64,000 nucleotides of DNA from a virus. Where the stretch lies: IMG/VR virus record IMGVR_UViG_3300018417_000005, positions 1 to 64,000 of that record; one strand, 5' to 3'. Position numbers and translations under genes: made by a program. Below the pieces are notes generated by a model. That model saw only the letters and a program-made list of their open reading frames with translations. It was not told the origin of the DNA and did no database searches. Shown here in pieces: positions 47,635 through 56,140 of the stretch. Numbering within the stretch: position 1 is the first letter of the stretch; every line of letters begins with the position of its first letter.

Positions 47635-48101
47635 GCCGTTTCTCGCAAGCTATATACGAGGTCGCGAACTCGGACAAGTATATAGGCACAAAAGCACCTT
47701 ACTACAGAAGCTCATGGGAACGCAAGTTTATGGAATTCTGCGATAGCCATCCTAGTATAATTAAGTGGGCAAGTGAAAACGTAAAAATTCCCTACAGAAA
47801 TCCGGTAACAGGCAAGTACGCAAATTATGTTCCTGACTTTATGATACAGTATGTAGATAAAACTGGCACTGAGCATGTAGAACTAATAGAAATCAAACCA
47901 GCAAATCAAACTACATTAGAGAACGCAAAAGGAAAACATCAAGCACTAAGCGTAGCAGTAAATGCCGCAAAGTGGCAGTCTGCTCAAGAATGGTGTCAGC
48001 GTAAAGGAATACGATTTAAGGTAATAAATGAGGACCAAATTTTCTCTAAACCTAAAGCTCGTAATCCCAAGCCCCGCATCCCAAAAAAGCGTAGAAAATA
48101 A
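47631..48101 (+). CDS. gp4: Head completion nuclease (gp4-like, TnsA-type PD-(D/E)xK)
   Basis: YRSSWE.KFM.FCD, WASE...IPY, YVPDF, IEIKP and N.AKW..A. Confidence 0.88.
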   Translation: MSRFSQAIYEVANSDKYIGTKAPYYRSSWERKFMEFCDSHPSIIKWASENVKIPYRNPVTGKYANYVPDFMIQYVDKTGTEHVELIEIKPANQTTLENAKGKHQALSVAVNAAKWQSAQEWCQRKGIRFKVINEDQIFSKPKARNPKPRIPKKRRK

Positions 48102-48114
48102 GATAAATAAAATT

Positions 48115-48468
48115 ATGAGCATAGATAAAATTGGAATCATATTCGGAATACTTTCAGGATTAGCAACTGGCGGATATTTCTTATACGACAATGTAGCTAC
48201 AAGTAACGATGTAGAAGCACTGGCATCGGTTATAGAACAAGCAATTGCTGATTCCGAAAAACGAGACACCGAAGCCCAAATTGAATCTGAAAAACGTGAT
48301 ATTGATTTACAAATTATTATCTATAACAACGAATTACGAGAATACACTGAGGAAGGATTAGCTAACCTCAGCGACACAGAACGTCAAAATTATGACGACA
48401 TGATAAAAATAAGAGACGGCCTTCAGGCACGTAGAATGTTATTGATAGGTCTACCAGGAACACAATGA
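48115..48468 (+). CDS. Membrane-anchored coiled-coil protein
   Basis: Start placed at ATG 48115, 5 nt after GATAAATA; N-terminal TM segment. Confidence 0.55.
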   Translation: MSIDKIGIIFGILSGLATGGYFLYDNVATSNDVEALASVIEQAIADSEKRDTEAQIESEKRDIDLQIIIYNNELREYTEEGLANLSDTERQNYDDMIKIRDGLQARRMLLIGLPGTQ

Positions 48469-48725
48469 AAACACTACTTAAATCTTTAATTATAGGCACT
48501 TTGTTTGTAGCTATGCTCGGCTATTCCCAACCACAGCCAGCTAGGTACCCAGACGGTACATATATACCAGGCATGGTAGTAATTTATAATCCTCAACCAC
48601 GTTGGGTTAACTGTGAGATAGTATACGTAGATCAGTACGGCAGCCGCCCGCTGTATTTTGCCATACCGCCGCAGTCTTATAGTAGCCCTATCTACAACAA
48701 TTACCGTAGTTGGTATTGCGGATAA
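48465..48725 (+). CDS. Small protein with a signal peptide
   Basis: MKTLLKSLIIGTLFVAMLG N-terminus; ATGA overlap with the previous stop. Confidence 0.5.
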   Translation: MKTLLKSLIIGTLFVAMLGYSQPQPARYPDGTYIPGMVVIYNPQPRWVNCEIVYVDQYGSRPLYFAIPPQSYSSPIYNNYRSWYCG

Positions 48726-48763
48726 ATCCATTATCTAGGTAGTAAATTCTGATAAATACTGTT

Positions 48764-48967
48764 ATGATGAAACAGTATAAATACACCACCAGTTGTTCAA
48801 TTACTCCTGACGGAGAAATTCTCAATACAGAGAAAACCCACGGCGAGGCGACACCACCGGAAGATTGCTATATCTCTCCATCAGACCCAGAATATGATAG
48901 GGTCATGTCCGCAAGCGACGACACTTATAACATTGAGGTAACTTACCTTGATGTGGGGGATACTTAA
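48764..48967 (+). CDS. Small acidic hypothetical protein
   Basis: GATAAATA lies 5 nt upstream of the ATG. Confidence 0.5.
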   Translation: MMKQYKYTTSCSITPDGEILNTEKTHGEATPPEDCYISPSDPEYDRVMSASDDTYNIEVTYLDVGDT

Positions 48968-49453
48968 ATTACTAAGAAATTAGAAGAAACTTTCGGACTT
49001 CCTCCGATTGAAGATGTAACTGAGGATTTCGAAGAAGAAACTGTAGAAGAAACTAGACAAGAAATTGAGCTTGTTAGTAACGCACTTACAATTTCAGAAA
49101 AAATCAACGATGCCTTTAAAGATGTCAAAGGACTAGACGACCACGAATCAGAAATGGACGATGTTGCGTTAAAAGCACTTGACAGCTATCAACAGCTAAT
49201 GGATTTAGGCATGAATACTACTGATATGGCCGCAGGCAAGATATTTGCTGAGGCTAGTAACATGCTTAAGATTGCGTTAGAAGCCAAAGACACTAAAACT
49301 AAAAGAAAGTTAGATCAAATCGACTTAATGCTTAAGAAAGCTAGACTAGATAAAGTGCGAAACGATAGTGGAAACGGTGACGAAGACTCTGTTAAGGGTC
49401 ATGTTTTCGATAGGAACGAATTATTGAAGTTGATGAAAGACAGCTCAAAGTGA
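48968..49453 (+). CDS. Putative terminase small subunit-like protein; apparent ATT start
   Basis: The frame is open from ATT 48968 (TKKLEETFGLPP...), 62 codons before ATG 49154; helical body ending DRNELLK; near the large terminase. Confidence 0.55.
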   Translation: MTKKLEETFGLPPIEDVTEDFEEETVEETRQEIELVSNALTISEKINDAFKDVKGLDDHESEMDDVALKALDSYQQLMDLGMNTTDMAAGKIFAEASNMLKIALEAKDTKTKRKLDQIDLMLKKARLDKVRNDSGNGDEDSVKGHVFDRNELLKLMKDSSK

Positions 49454-49460
49454 TAAATTA

Positions 49461-50054
49461 ATGCCGTGTCATGTTTTGATAGCCAATTTTCGAAGCGGAA
49501 GTACTTGGCGTTGTAAAGGTATAGCATCCGAGAATAACGCTAAAAATCTCGGAGAATATTTCTATATGCGCCCTTCTTACGGATTGCACTTGCTAGGACC
49601 TGGTATATATTATAAGAGAAGATACAAAGAATTGTTAAATTATGAAAATTGCGTAATTAAACTAACACCATCTAATACTCTTATAGAAAGAAATTTAGAT
49701 AGAATGTTAGAAATAGTCGACAGTGCAGATACAATAGAATACTTATACCGAAAAGATTTTAAAAAGCAGGTTCTTAGTTGGATAGCCGCAACTACATCTT
49801 CGGGAGGCTACGGAGAACATTCTAGAGGAGTCAGTGTTTGTGTTCCCGAAATTAATGCAGACATAGTCCAGAATGCAAGTAATTTCCTACAACAAAATTA
49901 CGAATTAATGGGTGAATTATATAAGCAACGACCAAGCAGAGTTAATTGTTTAGAAGATATTGGCTCTACGCCATATCACCGTGAATACTTTTGGCCAGAC
50001 CGTATACCAGACATACCGAGCATAGATGTCTCTGCCTATTTTCCCACAAAATGA
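49461..50054 (+). CDS. Stf0-like sulfotransferase / P-loop protein
   Basis: VLIANFRSGSTW, LGEYF and YLYRKDF.KQVLSW. Confidence 0.6.
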   Translation: MPCHVLIANFRSGSTWRCKGIASENNAKNLGEYFYMRPSYGLHLLGPGIYYKRRYKELLNYENCVIKLTPSNTLIERNLDRMLEIVDSADTIEYLYRKDFKKQVLSWIAATTSSGGYGEHSRGVSVCVPEINADIVQNASNFLQQNYELMGELYKQRPSRVNCLEDIGSTPYHREYFWPDRIPDIPSIDVSAYFPTK

Positions 50055-50088
50055 TAAATAAGTGTAACGGCATTGGAGCGGAACAAAC

Positions 50089-50781
50089 ATGAAACTTAAA
50101 GATTACTTATCCGAATCATTTAATAAAGAATACGGTTATCGCGTAAAAATCGCAGCCGATTGTGGCACGGATCAAATGAGCAAGCTAGAATCTTGCCTAC
50201 AAAAATACAACCTTGTTAGCGCAACTGCGTGGAAGCGTACTCCTATCGAGGAAAACCCATCAGAATTTGTACGTGCTAAAGGCTGTCACTTTACTAGTGA
50301 AGTATGTGCCTCAGATATAATACTAAAATACCCAGTAAACGAAAGAATTTTAGAAGTATGGTTATCCGTACACATGGGATTAGACCATGAGCGAGTTTTA
50401 GTTTACGGCGTTAAAGAGCCTAGACGAATGGAAGCTGATATGGCCGCAGAGCGCGTTAAAAATGACGAAGGTCGTAGCGTAACAGAAGAAGATGCGGTAC
50501 TAGGTAGCGAAGACCAAGAACATTACACCGCGCAAAACGAAGACGTAAATGCTAAAGGACTGTTTGGTGAAGAATATAATCAAGCGTTTCTTGCTAGCTT
50601 GGCAAAAATAAAAGAAGAGAAAGGCGCAGACTATTTCCGTTGTTACCCAACTAAAGATCAACTTATGGGCGACGACATGAGAGCATTATGGGATAACATT
50701 ACTGGCATGCCTAACATGGGACGCGGCAACGAAGCAACTAAAGAAGTTGACATCATTTCACAAAGTTCTAGGAGAAACTAA
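50089..50781 (+). CDS. Hypothetical protein, probably head-associated
   Basis: MKLKDYLSES N-terminus (possible L-x-E cleavage site); late promoter at 50053-50060. Confidence 0.6.
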   Translation: MKLKDYLSESFNKEYGYRVKIAADCGTDQMSKLESCLQKYNLVSATAWKRTPIEENPSEFVRAKGCHFTSEVCASDIILKYPVNERILEVWLSVHMGLDHERVLVYGVKEPRRMEADMAAERVKNDEGRSVTEEDAVLGSEDQEHYTAQNEDVNAKGLFGEEYNQAFLASLAKIKEEKGADYFRCYPTKDQLMGDDMRALWDNITGMPNMGRGNEATKEVDIISQSSRRN

Positions 50782-51176
50782 TGAACGATATGCGTAAATT
50801 AATGGAAAGTGTTTCTTCACTGTATCAAGAAGAACCTATTGTTGAAAATAATAACAGCGATGCCGGCGAACGTGCCGACGAGCTTGAAGCAATCCAAGAG
50901 CAAATCATGGAACTAACCGAACAAGCATTAAGTTTGTTAGACGGTATTGATCAAACAAGAGCAAGGTCATACTGGTACGGACATATTATGTCAGCCGTAG
51001 GCAGTGATAGCTATTTTAGTGGAAGTGCTACATCTATGAGAGATTCAATAGATGCCCTACGCGAAGAACAAGAAGAAGCAGACATGTACGGTCCACAACA
51101 CGGGTTAGATGATGAAGACGACGAAGATCCTATTGCGGCTCGAAATGCAGACGAACGTTATGGGTCGATTAAATAA
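50781..51176 (+). CDS. Acidic hypothetical protein, possible internal head protein
   Basis: MNDMRKLMES N-terminus; TAATG coupling. Confidence 0.55.
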   Translation: MNDMRKLMESVSSLYQEEPIVENNNSDAGERADELEAIQEQIMELTEQALSLLDGIDQTRARSYWYGHIMSAVGSDSYFSGSATSMRDSIDALREEQEEADMYGPQHGLDDEDDEDPIAARNADERYGSIK

Positions 51177-51187
51177 GGTAACTAAAT

Positions 51188-51940
51188 ATGGAAATGCGCA
51201 ACTTATTAAAATTAATGGAAGACAGTGGTTACGAGGATATGTCTCAAGAGCCAGGTCAAGAAGTAACTGACGAAGTAGATACTGTAACAGTTGATATTCC
51301 TCTATTAATTCGTATGTTAGAATACGCAAGAGAAGATGCGCAGACTGATATGGACTTACACGATGTAACTGAAAAAATGATCGAGCTTGCAAAATCCGGT
51401 ACACTTACAATGGATAACTATGATAGCATTGTAAACAGAGGAGAGGCAGTAGAAGAAGGCCCAGTAGCATTTAATCAAGCAGACGGCGACGAAGACGAAT
51501 TAGAAGCAGAGTTAGCAGATCAAGAAGACGAGCGCGACGGCCGTTACGGCGAAGACGGTACAGACTTTAGTGACAACCCATTCCGCAATCTACCAGACGA
51601 TGAAGAAATTAACGAAAATTTCGGCTACGGTGTAACAACCGGAACAGATTCGGACGAACATATAAATTATACGCAGACCAAAAATGTCGGAAACGGTACA
51701 GTAACTATTTCCGCAAATGCAACGAATATGAGCGAATTACACGATATGTTAAAACTTGCTGGTATTAGTGTAGACGGGTCTCCTGCGGCACCAACTAGCG
51801 AACCCGAAGTAGTAGTTGAGCCGGAACAGCCAGCGCCACTTTGTGGATGCGGCAGTGATGACGCCGATGTAAGTTACAGTACAGACAAACAAGAAATTGC
51901 GGATAAGCTAAGATCAGCTTTACAAGCAAGGTTAGGATAA
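51188..51940 (+). CDS. Acidic hypothetical protein, possible internal head protein
   Basis: MRNLLKLMED, DIPLLIRMLEYAREDA..DMDLH and MLKLAGI motifs. Confidence 0.55.
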   Translation: MEMRNLLKLMEDSGYEDMSQEPGQEVTDEVDTVTVDIPLLIRMLEYAREDAQTDMDLHDVTEKMIELAKSGTLTMDNYDSIVNRGEAVEEGPVAFNQADGDEDELEAELADQEDERDGRYGEDGTDFSDNPFRNLPDDEEINENFGYGVTTGTDSDEHINYTQTKNVGNGTVTISANATNMSELHDMLKLAGISVDGSPAAPTSEPEVVVEPEQPAPLCGCGSDDADVSYSTDKQEIADKLRSALQARLG

Positions 51941-53527
51941 ATGGCTAGAGGAACAGCAGATACAAGCCTGATTAAATCAGGCTATGCTAAAGTTACCTAC
52001 GACGAACGCACATTAAAAGATTTTAAAAATTGTTGCGACCCAGATAAGGGTGCATTGTATTTTATGGTTAACCATATGCAAATACAGCATCCTACTAGAG
52101 GTGGCATTCCTTTCGAACCTTACGACTATCAACTAGACCTAGTTGAGAATTACAACAATAATAGATTTAGCATAAACATGTGCGGAAGGCAGTTAGGTAA
52201 AACTACTGTAGCCGCAGGATACCTTTTGTGGTACGCAATGTTTAAGCCAGACTCTACTATTCTTGTAGCGGCACATAAACAAAGTGGTGCTAATGAAATC
52301 ATGCAACGTATTAGATATGCGTATGAAAGCGCACCAGACCATATACGAGCAGGTGTAACAGAATATAACAAAGGCAGTATTTCCTTTGACAACGGTTCCC
52401 GTATAGTAAGTACTACAACAACAGAAAACACTGGTCGTGGTATGTCACTTACGTTAGTGTACTTAGACGAGTTTGCGTTCGTGCCTAGCAGAATAGCTAA
52501 AGAGTTTTGGACTTCGTTGTCTCCTACATTGTCAACAGGTGGTAAGTGTATTGTAACTTCTACACCTAACAGTGACGATGATACGTTTGCTGTTATTTGG
52601 CACGAAGCTAATAAGAAAATAGACGCATACGGAAATCCGAGTGCGCTTGGTCGTAACCAATTTAGTCCTCTTTTAATTAAGTGGGATGAACATCCTGATA
52701 GAGACGACGAGTGGGCTGAAGCAGAGCGTAGTAGAATCGGCGAAGAAAGATTTAGACGTGAACATGAATGCGAATTTGTTATCTACGACGAGACACTTAT
52801 TAGCGCATTGACTTTATTAGAGATGCGAGGCATCGAACCTAAAAACAAAACTCATACACAAATTAGATGGTATGATACTCCTAAAGCAGATAATATATAC
52901 AGCGTTAGCTTAGACCCAGCATCTGGTACAGGCGGCGATAATGCGGCCTTACAGGTAATGGAAGTTAATACTATGCGTCAAGTAGGCGAGTGGTGTAATA
53001 ACACAACCCCTATAGAAGGACAGATAAAAGTAATGATGGAAATCCTAGTCTACTTAAGAGACTGCGGTTGCCACGAGCTTTACTGGAGTGTAGAAAATAA
53101 CACTATAGGCGAAGCCGCTTTAGTTGTTATTCGCGACACAGGAGAAGAATCATTCCCAGGTGAATTTTTACATGAACCTAAAAAAGTTGCAGGGAAGCGC
53201 GGACGTAAAGGCTTTGCTACTACGCATAGGTCTAAAATGGAAGCCTGCTTAAACTTTAAACGTTTAGTTGAACACCAGAAAATTCAGTTAAATAGCAAGC
53301 CTCTAATAAGTGAACTTAAAAACTTCATAGCAAGAAACTCAAGTTTTTCAGCTAAGCCAGGAGAAATGGACGACTTAGTAATGAGCATGATCTTAAATAT
53401 ACGTATGATTACATTCATCGGAACTTTCGAAGACCATATCTACGACACTGTAAACAGTAGTTTAGGATTAGACATATACGGCGACGACGATGACTGGGAT
53501 GGACCACTACCTATCGGAATTCTGTAG
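51941..53527 (+). CDS. gp17: Terminase large subunit (gp17-like)
   Basis: PYDYQ, Walker A GRQLGKTT, Walker B LVYLDEFAFV, TSTPN; nuclease motifs DPASG.G.D and DDLVM; no intein or intron seen. Confidence 0.96.
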   Translation: MARGTADTSLIKSGYAKVTYDERTLKDFKNCCDPDKGALYFMVNHMQIQHPTRGGIPFEPYDYQLDLVENYNNNRFSINMCGRQLGKTTVAAGYLLWYAMFKPDSTILVAAHKQSGANEIMQRIRYAYESAPDHIRAGVTEYNKGSISFDNGSRIVSTTTTENTGRGMSLTLVYLDEFAFVPSRIAKEFWTSLSPTLSTGGKCIVTSTPNSDDDTFAVIWHEANKKIDAYGNPSALGRNQFSPLLIKWDEHPDRDDEWAEAERSRIGEERFRREHECEFVIYDETLISALTLLEMRGIEPKNKTHTQIRWYDTPKADNIYSVSLDPASGTGGDNAALQVMEVNTMRQVGEWCNNTTPIEGQIKVMMEILVYLRDCGCHELYWSVENNTIGEAALVVIRDTGEESFPGEFLHEPKKVAGKRGRKGFATTHRSKMEACLNFKRLVEHQKIQLNSKPLISELKNFIARNSSFSAKPGEMDDLVMSMILNIRMITFIGTFEDHIYDTVNSSLGLDIYGDDDDWDGPLPIGIL

Positions 53528-53545
53528 TATTTGATAAATACAATT

Positions 53546-55966
53546 ATGAGTATTAATATCGAATCAGTCGCAGAGAAAATTTTTAACATCTTAAAGGGAT
53601 TTGGATATCCAGTCAATAGCTACGGTGATGATGGCAAGATAGCCGTTGATCCGTCACAAGCAACAAGATTTGTAGTAAACAAGCCCAACCTTCTTGTTAG
53701 GATTGACAGAGAAACTGACACTATAAGCCTAAGCACTAGCGAAAAGCAAAGTGACACTAAGCTACATAAAATGTTAAAAAACTTAAGTCAAGAATATTTA
53801 ATGAACTTTGACTTTAGAATCTTCGGAAAAACACTAAAGCCTAAAGGCGAGACTGTTGATATAGCTAAAAAACAGGACCCAGATATGATGGAAGACATTA
53901 ACAGAATACGAAAACTAGCAGGCCTAGCTGAAAGCTGGGACGACTACGAAGATTTAGAAACTGATCCAATGGATCCACCAGTTAACATGTGCCCAGACTG
54001 TGAAGGCACCGGTACTGATACAGCAGGCGAGACTTGCCAATCATGTGGCGGGGAAGGCGCCATACACGAAGGTACACTAAACACTATCGGACGCAAGATG
54101 GGCATTTCTTCTACTAAAGGAAAACCAGATCCGAGGAAAGCCCCGACGTGGGCAACTGCTATAGGCCAAGTGCCGAGCGGCGCCTGGCACTGGCTTGAAA
54201 AAGAAGGTCCAGTAGAAACAGACGATTCTAACGAGTACTTTCCTCTAAGTGGCAAAACTGAATTTACAGGATTCATAAGTCCATTTGAAGGCGATCCCGA
54301 AACACTATCTGATTTTGCCCGAGCAGATTATAACTCAGAGGAAAGCCAAATGAATGAATTCAGAGACGATTCCGACGACGATGATTTTGAAAGAGGACAA
54401 CAACTCGAACAAATTATACAAAAAGTATTCAGAGCGGCAAAGAAAACTATACCGCTAAGATCAGTAAAAGGGAAAAGAACAGGCTCAGCAGTAACAGAAA
54501 AGATTTTTAAAATGCTACGTCAGGCTATAGACGCAGACATGGCTCGCTGGGTATTAGAAAAACATCCAGACATGGGCACTGATCTATCAGGAAACGTTGA
54601 CACTGAATCTGCCCCGGAAGACTTAGTGGCAGATGAGCTGTCAGATTTCATATATCAAATGTTAAGAAAAGATCACGGATTACCAAATGGGCTTGAGGAA
54701 AATCAAATAGACGAAGAAACTTTAAACGAGATCGCTGGCACTTTGGCCGGACTGGGCGCAGGAGCAATTGCAGCCGCCCTTAAGAAATACGGTAAATCAA
54801 AAAGATCAGCCGCGCAACGTACAGTTGATACTTATTATTCGAATAAAAACCGTGACGAGGAAGGCGCCGAGATAGCTGATAAATTTGCTAGGAATAATCG
54901 CGGTAACTACCAAGCTAGCAAGAGAGCAGTTAACAAAGTTAAACGTCCAGAAACTAAAAAGAGACACCAGGACGTTATTGATCAGCAGAACCGTGCTTAT
55001 AAATATTACGACGACAATCAAAAGAAATCTTATATCAAACAATTATCTCCATCAGAAAGCCTAGGAGAAGGATTCGGTAGCATGACCGGAAGTAGTAAAA
55101 CAAGCTACCAACCACTTGACAATGTAAAAATTGTTGTTAAACATAAGAAGCCGGTAGCTGAAGATGTACGTGGAGCGCGTAGCAGAAACATCCATAGTAT
55201 CTTTATCCAACGTGGCGAAGAAAGATTTAAAATGGCAGAGAATAGCTTGCCAGCGGCACGAGCAGTTGCACGTCATATTAGTAAAGGTGGCGAGATGCAC
55301 GACGAAATAAGCGAGCAAATTATAAACATGGCAAGCGACTATGAGAAGCTACGCGAATTTGTACGCTATGTAAAATCGAGTAATTTAGTAAACGAATCCA
55401 ACGAAGATTACGTACAGCTAGCAGTCGAAAACATTAAGAATATTCGAGAAACATTTAAGAAACTTAGTGGTGCTAAATCCTACGAGAAAACAGTAGAAAG
55501 TTTGGTACAAACCGCCAGCGCAGAATTGCTCGAAGATGACGTAGACTTAGAAAGCAAGTTTACTGAAACACATTTTGATAGCAAAGTAGAAAACGTACTA
55601 GGCACACTTAAAACGTTAAGTTACAAAAAGAAGGCATACGAAGCGGCAATTACTAAAGCTGTTAAAACTGAAACATTCGAAAATCTAAAAGATATGCTAC
55701 ATGAAGCTGATGTTTTAGATTTCCAAACCCCACAAGCTAGGTTAGGTTACCAAATTAACCAACTAGGTCATAGCGCAACTAACCCTGAACTAGGACAGTT
55801 CTTACAGGGATTAAGCAAAAGGGTAACTGAAGGCGGATCTTTAAACCAATTTGAGTACGGAACTGTAAAAAGTTGCTTATTGAGCGCAAACACAGTACCA
55901 CAAGCACCAGCTACTGGAGATGACATATCCGAAAGCTATGTTAGCTTTTTTAACCAGTTTGACTAG
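53546..55966 (+). CDS. Large modular protein, probable head-internal; contains a CxxCxGxG zinc motif pair
   Basis: Start placed at ATG 53546 after GATAAATA; RIRKLAGLAES; CPDCEGTG..CQSCGGEG; C-terminal GARSRNI.SIFIQ block. Confidence 0.6.
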   Translation: MSINIESVAEKIFNILKGFGYPVNSYGDDGKIAVDPSQATRFVVNKPNLLVRIDRETDTISLSTSEKQSDTKLHKMLKNLSQEYLMNFDFRIFGKTLKPKGETVDIAKKQDPDMMEDINRIRKLAGLAESWDDYEDLETDPMDPPVNMCPDCEGTGTDTAGETCQSCGGEGAIHEGTLNTIGRKMGISSTKGKPDPRKAPTWATAIGQVPSGAWHWLEKEGPVETDDSNEYFPLSGKTEFTGFISPFEGDPETLSDFARADYNSEESQMNEFRDDSDDDDFERGQQLEQIIQKVFRAAKKTIPLRSVKGKRTGSAVTEKIFKMLRQAIDADMARWVLEKHPDMGTDLSGNVDTESAPEDLVADELSDFIYQMLRKDHGLPNGLEENQIDEETLNEIAGTLAGLGAGAIAAALKKYGKSKRSAAQRTVDTYYSNKNRDEEGAEIADKFARNNRGNYQASKRAVNKVKRPETKKRHQDVIDQQNRAYKYYDDNQKKSYIKQLSPSESLGEGFGSMTGSSKTSYQPLDNVKIVVKHKKPVAEDVRGARSRNIHSIFIQRGEERFKMAENSLPAARAVARHISKGGEMHDEISEQIINMASDYEKLREFVRYVKSSNLVNESNEDYVQLAVENIKNIRETFKKLSGAKSYEKTVESLVQTASAELLEDDVDLESKFTETHFDSKVENVLGTLKTLSYKKKAYEAAITKAVKTETFENLKDMLHEADVLDFQTPQARLGYQINQLGHSATNPELGQFLQGLSKRVTEGGSLNQFEYGTVKSCLLSANTVPQAPATGDDISESYVSFFNQFD

Positions 55967-56034
55967 TAAAAACGCAGTAAAAAGATAAATAAAATTGTTA
56001 GAAATGTTAGCTGTTAATTAATTTAAATTAGCAG

Positions 56035-56062
56035 TTGACAAATCTATCTTAGGCACTATAAT
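56035..56062 (+). promoter_or_regulatory. Sigma70-type promoter TTGACA-N16-TATAAT, with late GATAAATA at 55984-55991
   Basis: TTGACA at 56035-56040 and TATAAT at 56057-56062. Confidence 0.8.
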
Positions 56063-56140
56063 AAGGCACAGTAAGAATTGTTTTATAAAACAAAGGCTTA
56101 CAAACAAGGCACATATGGCATAATAATAAGGAGAATCATC

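Noticed and set aside
48115-48725. i-spanin/o-spanin pair
   Set aside because: The first has a TM segment and coiled coil, but the second lacks a lipobox cysteine after its signal peptide.
51941-53527. Intein or intron in the terminase
   Set aside because: The ATPase and nuclease motifs are contiguous in a normal-length 528-aa ORF.
56078-56140. ORF-track upstream starts (56078, 48028, 53531, 60969, 62704, 63257, 37617)
   Set aside because: Downstream ATGs have clear RBS, promoter or coupling context, so the starts were reassigned.
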